From NCBI RefSeq assembly GCF_006345805.1, contig NC_042999.1, positions 85,870,001 through 85,934,000 of the forward strand: 64,000 nt of DNA, written 5' to 3'. The first letter of the stretch is position 1. Each line of letters opens with the position of its first letter. Made by a program: the position numbers and the translations under genes. Positions 1 to 12,647 of this stretch are shown piece after piece. Below the pieces are notes generated by a model, which was not told the DNA's origin, ran no database searches, and worked only from the letters and a program-made list of their open reading frames with translations. This stretch comes from Octopus sinensis (Eukaryota).

Positions 1-81
1 TAGATTTACTGCATCAACATCAACTTTACTAAAAGACCCTTCTTGCATAAAGCCATTTGCTTCAATCAACTGCTTCTGAGC
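1..81 (-). CDS. JmjC/cupin-8 oxygenase, coding exon 4 (truncated by window edge)
   Basis: Acceptor tgtatttttag| then AQKQLIEANGFMQEGSFSKVDVDAVNL. Phase 0 matches the previous exon. The S.VDV..V motif is typical of cupin-8/JmjC proteins. Confidence 0.85.
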
Positions 82-2452
82 CTAAAAATACAAATGTTTG
101 GGTTCTACTTTGAACATGCAATTAAAAAGTTATAAGATCAAATCTTGTTGATTGTTTATGAAAAAGGTTTGAAATTACAATGTTTCTTGTTCCTTCCTGC
201 TTCCCTGTTCCTTGCCATACTCTCCCAGATTCCCCTCTTACCATTCACTCATCTCTCAGCCTATGATCATCATCCATTTTCTCTTTCGTTTTCGTTACAG
301 GAGTAACTTTAAGGCCTGAGCCTTCCAAGTCGTGAGAGCTGGTGTCATGTATAAAACAGCTGGCATTAGAAAGGACATCCAGCCATAGAAACTATACAAA
401 AGACATTGGTGCATGATGCAGCCATCAGACTCAAAACGCCATGTCAAACGGTCCATCCCATGCTGGCGTGGAAGACAGGTGTTAAATGATGATATCGATG
501 ATGCAAATTATTACATAAAAAGTTCACACATTCCACTTAGGTACTTATTTAATCAACCTGACTGAAAAGCCAATGTGATTGCACAGTTATTCTTGATCAT
601 CATAAACAAATTAACCTAAATATTAATGAAAAAAAAAAAAAAAAAAAAAAAAAACAAGCTGCAAGCATAGCTATATGGTTACAGAGTTCACTTTATAGCC
701 TTATGTGGTTTCAGGTTCCATCACATTGTGTGGTACCTTGGGCTAGTGTCTTATACTTTAACCCTGGCTTGACCAATGTTTTGTGAATGCAATTGGGTAG
801 ACTGAGATTGTACAGAAGCCTATTATGTGTATGTGAGTGTTTATTTTCGTGTGTCTTCATGTTGACACCATATGAGCAATAGTGATATTACATTTGCATC
901 TTGTGTAAACAATATGTCCTGTAATTTGGTAGTTTTGTTAGTTTTGACAGATGAAAACTACTGGATTAAAAATACCTTACTTGAAAAACAAATACAGATT
1001 GGCAAGAGGAAGGCATCTAGTCATTGAATACTCCCTCAATAAATCTCCTTGCATCTAACCCATGCCAGGATGGGGAAAAGAGAATGAATGATGAATGAGA
1101 AAAGAAAATATAGTACCACTTTAACATGTAGTCTACCTGGCCATTTACACTTTAGCATGCAGTCTACCCTAAACCCTTAATTCATATTAGGTAATTTCAC
1201 AGCATAGACTGTGGATACTGCAGTAGACTGGAGTAGCACTAAAAAATATGTTATAAAATGAATGGATTATGAAGAAAATGTAGAGTTTTCATTTTATGTG
1301 AAATTGTTAACATGAATTAAATTTGGTAAATAGTATTATCTGGATGCTTATTGAAGTTAGATTCATTTGATAATAGACATCAAAGGTAAATGATAAAAAA
1401 AAATTATTCAGGAAGAAACTAAATTAAAGCAGAGTATAATCATAAGTTTTGGTTTGTAGATCTCACAGCTTAACATGGCTAAGTAGTCAGTCAAAATGGG
1501 GATACATGTGCATAGAATAAAAGGTCATATACAAGTAGGTAGAAAAAGTATTCACCTCACCCCTCAAAAAAAAACACAAAGAATTTATGCACCACACACA
1601 TACACACAGAGTCATGACTATATCTTACATAGTGTAAACATTATCTGACTAGAACATAATGCATATTTGATATATGTATTATATCAGGAGTCAACAGTCT
1701 ACTTTGTGTTACATGCTTGGCTGTTCATAATATTCAAGAAGAGCCAAAGTTAAAACTGAGATTTTTTTATTAAAAAAAGTATGACTGTACAGGAATGTAA
1801 CTGTTTTCATTAAGTTCTTATAAAAAGATATATGTTAGTTGGAGAAGTGCTATGCACTGACAGTTTAAGGTGCCCACAACATAGAAAAACAGGAAGAAAT
1901 AGTGAGGTCATGTCTGAAGTTGGTAGACTTCTCACATGAAATTACAAAGGATAGCAATTTGTGTTAACATGCCAAATCTGATGAACTAATGCATGAGAGA
2001 TAAAGCAGATATCATGAGGATTATGGTGATGATATACAGACATATTTTCTTTTCCTTTTATTCTCTTATAAGCTCTAAGTAGTTCAACAAAATATCAAAA
2101 TCATTAAAAGTGTATCACATAGAAATAATTGAATAAGTGGTTTCAAAATCAAGGAAAATATTTAAAAAAAGAAGAGAGAATCAAACAGAAAAAGAATGAA
2201 AAATAATAAATATACATATATGGATCCAACTCATTCCAGCTAAGGAAAGCTGACACGGGCATTTGAGAGAAACCAGATTGCTTTTGGGCCTTGAAAGGGG
2301 TGTGGGATCTTGCAAAGTTAAAAATAAGGATTTTATCTATAATTTTTATTAAAAAAATTTTTTTTTTAGAGGGAGTAGTCCAGCAGATAGTCATGAGCTT
2401 AGGCTCTTGGAGCCAGACGGATATATTGGCTAAATCCCACTCTTATAGGCTC

Positions 2453-2866
2453 CAGTGCTTTGTAGTAAAGATTGTTTGCCAACATAACATGGCAATCCTG
2501 GTTTAGGACGAACATTGCTGAATATCTCACACTGTGAGATTTAAAAATAGTAATTTTCTAATTTATAAATCAGTGACTAGTTGTCACTTTGAAAATTATA
2601 TATTTCTCACAGAATTTGGCAGTGCCACCTCTAGCCAAACAATTATTCTGTGCTGATGAATGGAATTAACCTGGAAATTGCGATACACAGGTATTGTTTT
2701 GAGCTGAGTAGGGGTGCTAGATTCCCTTGTTCAAAAATATAAGGACACAGATCGTGTCGTATAGCCAGCTGGAGACGATGTCTCCCGGGGCTAAATTACA
2801 GCAACATTCGTCCTAAACCAGGACTGCCATATTATGTTGGGAAACAATCTTTACTACAAAGTGCTG
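2453..2866. mobile_element. Foldback insertion with ~68-bp inverted arms and an internal hammerhead motif (probable PLE derivative)
   Basis: 2453-2520 is the reverse complement of 2799-2866. Segment 2515-2560 is repeated directly at 2867-2910. Confidence 0.7.
2648..2690 (+). ncRNA. Minimal type I hammerhead ribozyme motif
   Basis: ctgtg-CTGATGA-atgg-aattaa-cctg-GAAA-ttgcg-ATA^-cacag; stem I is ctgtg/cacag. Confidence 0.65.
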
Positions 2867-3210
2867 TTGCTGAATATCTCACATGAGATTTTAAAATAGT
2901 AAATTTTCTAACAATTAATTCTTAACTATTCATGAATTTAGCATGTAATTAACCTTGTTGACAGAGTATCAATAGAACAGAATGGATTGGCTAAAAGTTA
3001 TGCATCTTCAATTTGTCATTACTGCTATATTCAAAATTTGCTTGGAATTAAATGTAACTTACATTTCAATGTTAAAGTTGGATAAAGCAGGCCACCACTA
3101 CTAGTCTTATGAAATCTCTTCTTGGAGAACATCTGCCAGTTCACAGAGGAAGTTACAAAAAGAAAATAATGAGGGACCTCAGACAATAACATATACTTTT
3201 TACATTTTAA

Positions 3211-3432
3211 CCCTTTCGTTACCATATTTCTATTGAAATATGCTGTCTTTGTTTCAATTATTTTTAACAATAAAGAAGAATTTAGTTAAATAACTTTGTC
3301 ACTATTAAGCTGGTACTTGGAACATGAATTAATATAAAATTTTGATGGAAGGTTTTAATTTATATAACTTTAAAACAGGAAACTTGTATCATAGAACCAA
3401 GAGCATTGTCCAGTAGGTTGATATCAAAAGGG
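3211..3432. mobile_element. piggyBac-type MITE
   Basis: TTAA-CCCTTT...AAAGGG-TTAA termini. A degraded inverted copy lies at ~6283-6496. Confidence 0.8.
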
Positions 3433-3723
3433 TTAACATAGAAAATTAACACATGTAAAATACTAATAACAAAATTTATATGCATGCAAAGCTTATACAT
3501 TTACGGAGAAGGAAGTACACAGAGATGAGCTAAGGGATGCAGTGAAATAAACTTTAATAGAGAAGTAAAAGGATAAAAATTAAATGATGAGTGAAAAAAT
3601 AGAGGGAAAAAATTCTAGTCAAAAAAAAATTCTAGTCAAAAATAAAGAAAAACATAAAAAAAAACATAGACAATACTAAAAGCTTGTGTTCTTGAAAAAA
3701 ATCATTCATTGTCCATACTTAAC

Positions 3724-3893
3724 CTTATTAAAAAGAAGAACAACTTTCTGACCATCTAATACACAATTGATGTTGTCCATATCATCAAAGTGTAATACAG
3801 ACCGTGTATTACCACTGCTTAACCATAAGACACTGTCTTGTAATACCTTTTGGAAACCACCACAATTCAGTAAAAGTGGAACTGTAACTTCAT
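3724..3893 (-). CDS. JmjC/cupin-8 oxygenase, coding exon 3 (catalytic HxD)
   Basis: Acceptor aatttccag|, donor AAG|gttaag. Translates (G)AT=D EVTVPLLLNCGGFQKVLQDSVLWLSSGNTRSVLHFDDMDNINCVLDGQKVVLLFNK, matching the cupin-8 LW.S.G.T.S.LH.D..N....G.K motif. Phase 1 in, phase 0 out. Confidence 0.92.
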
Positions 3894-4357
3894 CTGGAAA
3901 TTAATAGAAAAAAATTTATAATACAAAGGAAAAAAAAAAGTAAACTTAGAAAGAAAAGAAAACAAAAAATAAATAAAAAGAAATGAATCACCAAAAATAG
4001 AGAAATGAAAGAAATTAAAAGAAAAAAAGAATTTAAAAGAAATCTGGTTATAGAGAAGAAAGTCTTTTAAATGTTTTTGACATTTATTAATCACTTTAGA
4101 ATGCATTATTACATTTTAGTAAGCAAGCTGAATATTAATGTTAATGCCTAGTCCTCATAGCAGAATTAGCCAAAAATGTAGAGATGAAGTTCCATACTTG
4201 GAAAGAAAACCTAGAATTAAATCCCTCAAAGTAAACACCTAGAAAAGACTCAATGTTTAATTAGCAGGAAAGAAGATAGGGTCCTGCTGTTGATTGGAAA
4301 GTGGTCATGTGCATTATGCAGAAAAGGTGTAGGTAGGAAATTCATATGATGTACCTA

Positions 4358-5648
4358 CGAGGGGCGTTCAATAAGTAATGCCCCTGACCCACTTCCCATA
4401 GCAGTAGAGTAACGAAACTTGGCACAGTTATTAGCCTTTTTCTACATAGGAACCACCCAGAGTTACGCATTTCTCCCATCGTTTGATGCGGCTCTGGAGA
4501 CCGTTTTTGTAGAAGAACCCAGCTTGGTCCTCCAACCTCAACGTGACTTCAGAAATCAAGGCTGCATCATCTGGGAAACGCTTTCCTTTCAAAAACAACT
4601 TCATGATTGGGAAGAGGTGAAAATCAGAGGGTGCAAGGCCAGGAAAGTAGGGGGGATGGGGAGGAGTTCATAGCCATATGCCTGTGCTTCTGATCTGGCG
4701 ACAAGCGAGTTGTGGACCGGAGCGTTGTCCTGCAGGAGGAGGATGCCTTTGCTGATCTTGCCCCGCCTCTTGATTTTGATAACTTCTCTTAATTTCCTCA
4801 AAAGTGAAGCATAATAGGCTCCTGCAATTGTGGTACCCTTTGCCAGGAAATCTGTCATCATTACTCCGTCCTGGTCCCAGAAGACTGTGAGCATGACCTT
4901 GCCAGCGGAGGGCTGCACCCTTGCCTTCTTTGGAGGGGGTGAGTCACGGTGCTTCCACTGCATTGACTGGGCTTTGGTCTCTGGATCATCGTGATGGACC
5001 CAGGTTTCATCCTGTGTAATCAGTCTTTTGAAAAATTTTGACTCATCTTCTTGGCACATCTCCAAATTCACCCTCGAGCACTCAACGCGTTCTTGCTTCT
5101 GGAAAGGCGTGAGCAACCTGGGAATCCATCTGGCAGACACCTTTTGCATATGCAAATGGTCATGAATGATAGTTTCCACAGACCCGGTACTAATCTTGAC
5201 CTCATGGGCTATTTGGCAAATAATTATGCGTTGATCTTCCAAAATGGCAGCCTCAACTTGACGGACAGATGCCTCATCAATGGCAGAAGGGGGCGACCAG
5301 ATCTGGGAGCTGTTTCCACAGAGTTCCGACCATGTTTGAATTCACGATGCCAGCGTTTTACAAGGTCATATGATGGGGCATCATCACCATAAGTTACTTT
5401 CATTTCATCAAAAGTCTCCCGTGATGTGCGTCCTTTCAAATACAAAAACCGGATCACTGCTCGACACTCAACAGGCTCCATTTCACACTTGACTCGGTTC
5501 AAACACCTGTAAATCAGAAATCACAATTAATTCAGAGCTGTAATTTGCCACTTACTCTATAGAGATATAAATGATTGCACATGCAAAATTTCAGCTAGAT
5601 CAAACAACTGCAAGTGGGTCAGAGGCATTACTTATTGAACGTCCCTCG
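4358..5648 (-). mobile_element. Full-length mariner (DD34D) transposon with frameshifted transposase
   Basis: TA target duplication and ~38-bp TIRs (cgaggggcgttcaataagtaatgcc). Transposase 5481-4431 carries WIPRLL, TQDETW, QDNAPVH and LAPSDF motifs with D34D spacing, and frameshifts near 5285 and 4655. Confidence 0.96.
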
Positions 5649-5699
5649 TAGTGTGAAGAAGAAATGTAAATTGATTACAAGCAGGTTAAAAGGGAAGGT

Positions 5700-6950
5700 A
5701 GGATTCTTATATTACAGATGTACAAGAGTAGTGAGCAGCAAGAACAAATGTTTTGGAAAACATAATCTCAGGTGACAAATGAACTGATTGTCAGTAAGAG
5801 GTGAACACTTGGGTAAAGACATTTTTTTCTCTTCTAGCATGCAATGTTAGAAGCAATGTTGTCTTAGTGACAGTTACTAATCTTAACATTATGCATTAAA
5901 AGGCTGGTGTATGTCTAATTAAGAATAAAGTTCATGGCTATATTTTGTGGAGATGCAAGAACTGAACCAGGTTATTTTACTTTTCCTAATCCACTTTGGG
6001 GGTTGGGGCAGGGATCTTCCATGTACACTAATTTCTTGCTAAAGCCACTCTTCACAATCATTGTAAAGGGCTGTAGTTCTATCTAAAATATCTGTCAGAG
6101 GATAAATTAAAGATTCTTCTACTAGGGCCAGTTACTAAGTTTCTAATTAAAACTTGGGAGTGAATAGTGATTTCTGTTAATATATTACAGCCTCCTCATA
6201 AGGCTTTATAGAGATAATATTTGACTGTCTTAAAGTAATGTCTGAGAAAATGAGTGTATTTACATTGTGCTGATATATTTCACCCTTTTGATACCAAAAC
6301 ACTTGATTTCATCTTTGTGGTTGTATGTTACCAACTTCCTGAGTTAGGATGAACTAAATTAAAACCTTTCATTGGAATTTCATGATAATTTGTTCTAAAC
6401 GCCAGCTTAAAAATGACAAGGTTATTTTACTAAATCTTTCGTTATTTTCAAAATTAACTGAAACGAAGGGAATGTATTTTCAACAAAATGGTTAATTCAA
6501 ACATCTTGAAGATTCCTTTAAAATTCTTCACAAGTTTATCTGTGGTGTGTCCATTGGCATTGCTTAAAATTATCAGGCTATCATCCCCTTAAAAATCCAA
6601 GCTGTTGGAAGGTATAGATTTCTTGAGGATATCCAGTATAAGTAATCCTTAATCCATAACCTCAGCACTCTTGTAACTCTCCATAAAGATTTTGAACTGT
6701 GGGTCATCTTTCTTTTTAACTTGGTAGAAGTCATCATGATATTAGTATGACTTGCTAGTATTTATGATTCTTTTAATATTGTAAGTAATTCTAGTGAATT
6801 TCCTCCAAAAGTTCAAGGTTTTTAGAAGGGGAAGAATAGGAAACTTTGATAGCAAATTGAGTGAATCTTCAAGCTAATTTGTTCTCAGTACTGCAAAATT
6901 AGTTGATAATGGCAGAGCTGCAGTTAATCTAGCAGCCCTTCTAATATTAG
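5700..6950 (-). mobile_element. Highly decayed retroelement RT remnant (possibly PLE)
   Basis: Only scattered motif-like pieces are visible (FKNLY-like, AMGTP-like), with no continuous frame. Confidence 0.3.
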
Positions 6951-7369
6951 AATTGACAACGTTCAGTATACACTTACTATGCCTCATTTATAAAACATTG
7001 GTTGGTCTAAGCCCAAAGTCAAAGACACTTGCCCAAGGTGAAATCACGCAGCCATGCTATTTCCTTTCTTATTTTATTGGATAACTTATATGGCTGCTCT
7101 GAATGATCAGAAGGAACTAAACGGTCATTCAATGATGACCATTAAAAAAGTGCTTTCTTGTCTCATATGGTCAAGGTAACATAGATACAGTTGTAAAATA
7201 TATTAAAATATATTTTATGGCGTTAAAATGTTATACATACTGATATGTATGTGTGTGTCTGTGAGTGTGTAGTTAAATCAAATAAACCAACATCAAAAAT
7301 AACAATAATAAACAACAAGAGGACATGTACATGGAATGTATTAGCTTGATGTTCAGTAAGAAGAGAGAG

Positions 7370-7406
7370 CTTCTGAAGATTTGAGCATAGCTCTTCATCA
7401 GAGAGA
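7370..7406 (-). ncRNA. Degenerate hammerhead motif
   Basis: Minus strand tctct-CTGATGA-a-gagc-tat-gctc-AAA-tcttc-agaag. The G of GAAA is lost, consistent with CpG decay. Confidence 0.4.
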
Positions 7407-8002
7407 AAACTGAAAAGGCCAAAGAGAAAAAAATCACCAACAACACATGTGCAGTTACAGAGAGAGGTGGGGATATGGATGTTAAACAATGATGATGATG
7501 CATGTATGTATGTATGTATGTATGTATATATCATCATCATCTTTTAATGACTAATGATTTGTAGGTATGTGGTATTTCGTTATACAACCATAATACACTA
7601 TAAATATATTAAATGTTTTTATAAGTCAATATCACATTCTACTGCATTAGTAGTGCTTTCTTTCATGATTTTAAGGTAATTTCGACAGATATTCTGTAGA
7701 AATTACAGCCAGCACTGATTTTTTGTTACAACGTTTCATATTGAGACGTTAGATGTAAACAAACAATGAGTCTGGAGACAAAATTGGGGTTTTTGTCCCT
7801 TCATCAGCACTCTATAGCCCATTCTTACCTCCAAACATATTGCTTATATAGCCACCACATCCAGTGGTGTTAAATTATTGGATATACCAATTTACATATT
7901 AAACACATTCCTAGAACTGGTACGTAAAGACTAATGATTTGTAGGTATGTGGTATTTCATTATGCAACCATATTATATGATAAAGTATATTAAATGTTTT
8001 AT

Positions 8003-8306
8003 GTGGAGGCACATGGCCTAGTAGTTAGAGCAGCGGACTCGTGGTCGAGGGATCGCGGGTTCGAATCTCAGACCGGGCGATGTGTGTGTTTATGAGCAAA
8101 ACACCTAAGCTCCACACGGCTCCGGCAGAAGGTAATGGTGAACTTCTTGCTGACTCTTTCACCACAACTTTCTCTCACTCTTTCCTCCTGCATCTTGCAG
8201 CTAGCCTGCAATGGACCAGTGTCCCATCTAGGTGGGGAACCTATACACCAAGGAAACCGGGAAACCGACCCTAATGAGCCAATTATGGCTTGAGAAGGAA
8301 CAAACA
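8003..8306 (+). mobile_element. tRNA-derived SINE
   Basis: A box tggcctagtag and B box ggttcgaatct. 16-bp TSD atattaaat(g/a)ttttat at 7987-8002 and 8307-8322. Confidence 0.9.
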
Positions 8307-8456
8307 ATATTAAATATTTTATAAGTCAATACCATGTTCTACAAGTCTTTACATAGAAGCTCCAGGAATGTGCTTAATATGTAAATTGGTATATCCAATA
8401 ACTTAATATGCAGTGGCTATATAAGCAATGTGTTCAGAGGCGAGAATGGGTTAGAT

Positions 8457-8497
8457 GAGTGCTGATGAAGGGGAAAAAACCTCTGAAATATGACACC
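8457..8497 (+). ncRNA. Hammerhead ribozyme motif (decayed cleavage site)
   Basis: gagtg-CTGATGA-agggg-aaaaaa-cctct-GAAA-tatgacac. Confidence 0.55.
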
Positions 8498-8777
8498 TAT
8501 TTTTGTCTTCAATTTCACTGTTTGTTTAGAATATCTGTAGAAATATACCATAACAAAATCATCTTTTAATGTCCATCATCCATGCTGGCATAGTTCCTTA
8601 ATGTCTGGTTTGGCATGGTTTCTATGGTTGGATGCCTTTCCTTATCTGACCAGTTTACAAAGTGAATTGGTTACTTCTTTTGTAGCCCTAACACACATGA
8701 AGATTAAGATTCCTTCAACTGAGTGGAGTTATAGTAGAGAGGAAGATGGTTTTTTACTGGAAGATTATAGGTTAGAG

Positions 8778-9073
8778 CAGGGGTCGCCAACTGGGGTCCA
8801 TGAATGCAATATAATAAATTGAGGGCCACAGTAATTTTTCAGGGGCAATGATGATGATGAATGAATGAAAAAATCATGCTTCAGACCAGTAGAATTTATG
8901 TGGTTATATTCTACAATACACAAAATATTTTAACAATTTTTATACAAGTCCTAATAAAATTTAATTAAAAAGATACAATAGCATTTTTAAAACATTGAAT
9001 GATTATGGATGATCCACCCAAGCAAAATAGGAATCAAAGAAGTTCATAGATCAAAAAATGGTTGAGAACCATG
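8778..9073. mobile_element. hAT-type MITE
   Basis: Termini CAGGGGTCGCCAAC...GTTGAGAACCATG; 8-bp TSD (g/a)gttagag. Confidence 0.7.
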
Positions 9074-9252
9074 AGTTAGAGTATGAAAGAAGGGGTATGC
9101 CAACACACAAACATGTATAGCATGATGTGTACAAATGAATACTAAAAGAAAGTGAGAAAGGAAATTGAGTGAACAATGAAGTGTAGTGAGAGAAGAGACA
9201 AAGACTTCTGGGTTAAATAATGAAGAAGCATTTAAAATGTATATGATAGTAC

Positions 9253-9404
9253 CTTTCATCTCATTGAGAACACTTTGTACCATATAGATATCATTTGTTG
9301 CATACGCGTCTAAAAACGTTTTTAAGTTGTCATGTTTAGGCTTGAGAGAACGGTTTTCTTTTTTACTTTGCTCAACACGGACTTTTAAGTTACCATATTT
9401 TTCA
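9253..9404 (-). CDS. JmjC/cupin-8 oxygenase, coding exon 2
   Basis: Acceptor ctatttcag|, donor AAAG|gtact. Translates EKYGNLKVRVEQSKKENRSLKPKHDNLKTFLDAYATNDIYMVQSVLNEMK. Phases 2 and 1 fit both neighbouring exons. Confidence 0.9.
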
Positions 9405-10167
9405 CTGAAATAGAAAAAGAATATTACAATAATTAATTTAAATTCCAAGATAGATAAATACTAATAAGCCTATATAGATACATGTGTGCATATTAGATGA
9501 GTTGTTATAGTGTCAAATAACAAGTACAATGTTAATTCATTTGATCTTCGAGTTAGGTTTGTAGCCAAAGCACATAGACTTAAAAAATTTTAAAAAAAGT
9601 AAAATTAGATATTGCCACACTCTGGCAGAACATATAATACCAAATATCAGCTTTGACAGTTGACAAGGATTTAGTTTTAAAACTTTGTTTAATATTTTGA
9701 AAAACAAATCAAATCACAGTTAAACAAATATCTAATTCAGAAACACAACACATTAAGCCAGCTGGTGGGCTAGCACAGACTATTCATATTATTTAAAATC
9801 AGAACTCAAATTTTCAAATATCCAGCTGATGTCAACCTGAATTTCATCCATGATCAATTGATGTTATTTTTCTGACATTTTTTTAATTATTAATTGCCAC
9901 AAAGATTATAACTGATTTACTGATTTTAAACAGATTTTAAAAATTAATTAAACCTATGACGATGCATAATCTGTATAGAACATTTTAGTGGTCATTATAT
10001 AATCTTGAAATCCCATGTGCATCATTTATCTTTTACTTGTTTCAGCCATTGGACTATGGCCATACTGGGAAACTGCATTGAAGGGTTTTGTTAAATGAAT
10101 CAATCCCAATACTTCTTTTCTAAAACTTGGCACTTATTCTATTGGTCTTTTTCGCCAAACCACCAAG

Positions 10168-10464
10168 TTAAAGGGATATAAATAAATCATCACCTGTTGA
10201 CAAGTAGTGGTGAGGGATAAACACAAACACACACACACATAGATATGCACAAGCACACACACACACACAGATATGCACAAGCACACACACACAATAAGTT
10301 CCTTTTGGTGATTTGCTGTGTTTGAGATGATATGTTGAGCTAAGTGAAATTGCACCTGTGTTGGTGTGTGTTTGTGTGTGTGCTTGTGCATATCTGTATG
10401 TGTGTTTGTGATTATCCCTCACCACTGCTTGTCAACAGGTGATGATATATTTATATCCCTTTAA
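10168..10464. repeat. Inverted duplication of a SINE segment
   Basis: 10168-10270 is the reverse complement of ~10365-10464. Confidence 0.85.
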
Positions 10465-10469
10465 TTAGT

Positions 10470-11460
10470 GGTTGGCAAGCCAGAAGGCTGCACCAGGCTC
10501 CAATCCGATCTGGCAATGTTTCTACAGCTGGATGCCCTTCCTAATGCCAACCATTCAGAGAGTGTAGTGAGTGCTTTTTACATGCCACTGGCAACGATCA
10601 CACTCAAGTGGTGCTTTTTACGTGCCACTGGCATGGGTACCAATCAGGCGGTAGTGTCATCGGTCACAACAACAACTTCACTTGCCTCAACAAATCTTTG
10701 AAAGCACAGTTTATTGCCCAATGATTGAAGGGTACTCTTAAATGGGTTGGTTATGTTGCACTGACATAGGCCATGGTTACTGATTCACTTGGCTTGCCGG
10801 GTCTTCTCAAGCACAGCATATCTCCAAAGGTCTTGGTCACTTGTCATTGCTCAACGTTCAAAGGTCATGCTTCATCACCACATACCAGGTCTTCCTCTTC
10901 CACAGGATCCCGCTACTGCTAGGGTGTGGCACACAGCTGTCCTCATCCATACACAACACGTGACCATACCAGCGCAGTCATCTCTCTTGCACACCACATC
11001 TGATGCTTCTTATGTCCAACTTTTCTCTCAAGGCGCTTACTCTCTGACATTACACTTCCAGCAGAGCATACTAGCTAATTCCTTGCAAGTTTACCCATGT
11101 CCTCAGCAGTCACGGGCCATGTTTCACTACCACATAGCACTCTCCTGTTCAAAGAGGCGACTATGTATAAAACTGTATATAACAATAACTTTTTATTTAT
11201 TTATTTTTTACATAGCTTAAACACATTATTCTCTTCTCCTGCCAATAAATTTCATTTGATTTGAAGACTTTGGCTTTGCTACATTGACTCTAAGGCCCTT
11301 CAATTCTAGACCTTGCTTCCACACCTGAAACTTCTCCTCTAGTTCTGATAGTGACTCAGCTATTAGAGCAAGGTCATCAGCATAGAGAAGCTCCCAGGGG
11401 CATCCTGTCTTGAATTCCTCTGTTATTGCTTGGAGGACTATGATAAATAAAAGGGGGCCG
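10470..11460 (-). mobile_element. RTE-clade LINE fragments (3' tail and RT pieces)
   Basis: 11225-11460 translates PLLFIIVLQAITEEFKTGCPWELLYADDLALIAES. 10890-11080 resembles the ORF C-terminus at 62760-63000. Confidence 0.85.
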
Positions 11461-12290
11461 TGGAGTGTTCACCAGATCGGTAGACAAGCTGGCAGAATCG
11501 TTAGCACACCAGGTAAAATGCTCAGTGGCATTTTGTCTGTCTTTATGCTCTGAATTCAAATTCGGCTTTGCCTTTCATCCTTTTGGGGTTGATAAATTAA
11601 GTATCAGTTGATCATTGTGGTTGTTATGATCAACTAGCCCCTAATTCCTCATTTCAAGCCTTGTGCCTATAGTAGAAAGGATTATTATCATTATCATTAT
11701 TAAGGCAGCGAACTGGCAAAATTGTTAGCATGCCAGGCTTAGCAGTATTTCATCTGTCTTTACGTTCTGAGTTCAAATTCTGTCAAGGTCAACTTTGCCT
11801 TTCATCCTTTCAGAGTCAATAAAATAAGTACCAGTTGAGTACTGGGGTCAATGTAATCAATCCATCCCATGAAACTACTGACCTAGTGCCAAATATTGAA
11901 ATAATTGTCATCGTCGCTGCCGTCATCATCATCATTATTATTGTTAGGGTAGTGGATTGGCGGAACAGTTAGAGTGTCATACAAACTGCTTTATGGTATT
12001 TGTGCTGGCTTTTTATGTTCTGAGTTCAAATCCCATTAGAGTCAACTTTGCTTTTCCACCCTCTGGGGATGATGAAATAAAGTACCAGTCAAGAATTTGA
12101 GTAGCTAGCCCTTCCCTCAAATTTCTACTTTCTGAGTTCAAGTTTACCTTTCAACCCTCCAAGGATAATATAAGTACCAGTCATACTGGAAGTCAATATA
12201 ATTAACTAATCCTCTCCTAGTAAATTTCCAACCTTGTGCCTATGCTAGAAGAAAATCATTTTATTATTTTTATTATTATTATTATTATTA

Positions 12291-12647
12291 TTACCTCTGC
12301 CTTAGTGAAGGCAGAGTTGTTGTTTTCAGTCATGTTTGTTTATTTATCCATTGACAAGACATCTCAAGAACTGCTGGATGAATTCGGATTAAACTTTCAG
12401 AGATGTTTGGCCTCATAACTGATTAGATTTTGGGATTGATCTGGTACCGGACAAGGATTCTGGATTAGTTTTCCTGTTTTTTTAACTTGATTTTTGAGAG
12501 CAATTGGGTTCGTTTTTAGTATTCTTGTCTGTAAGTGCAATAGAGTTTATTTCAGATATTCTCATTTTAAAAATCATCTCTGGCTAATCGTTGAGAAGAG
12601 TTTGGTGTTGCCTTGGCAGAGGTTTGTGCCCTCTGAGTGCTCTTGTT
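12291..12647 (+). mobile_element. Helentron-associated non-autonomous element (HINE-like)
   Basis: Starts ttacctctgcc, has the sub-terminal inverted repeat ggcagaggt near the 3' end followed by a small hairpin, and is inserted in (TTA)n. Confidence 0.6.

Larger units (their letters stand above)
7751..8536. mobile_element. Foldback insertion with ~185-bp inverted arms, each containing a hammerhead core
   Basis: 7751-7932 is the reverse complement of 8345-8536. The spacer is a copy of upstream 7549-7642, later interrupted by a SINE. Confidence 0.75.

Noticed and set aside
5481-5508. SETMAR-like JmjC-transposase fusion via the acceptor upstream of the mariner ATG
   Set aside because: Splicing from the phase-1 exon gives G-V-stop, and the transposase is frameshifted.
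8003-8075. tRNA gene
   Set aside because: It is the tRNA-like head of a SINE, with body, tail and TSD; the same applies at 22044 and 40032.
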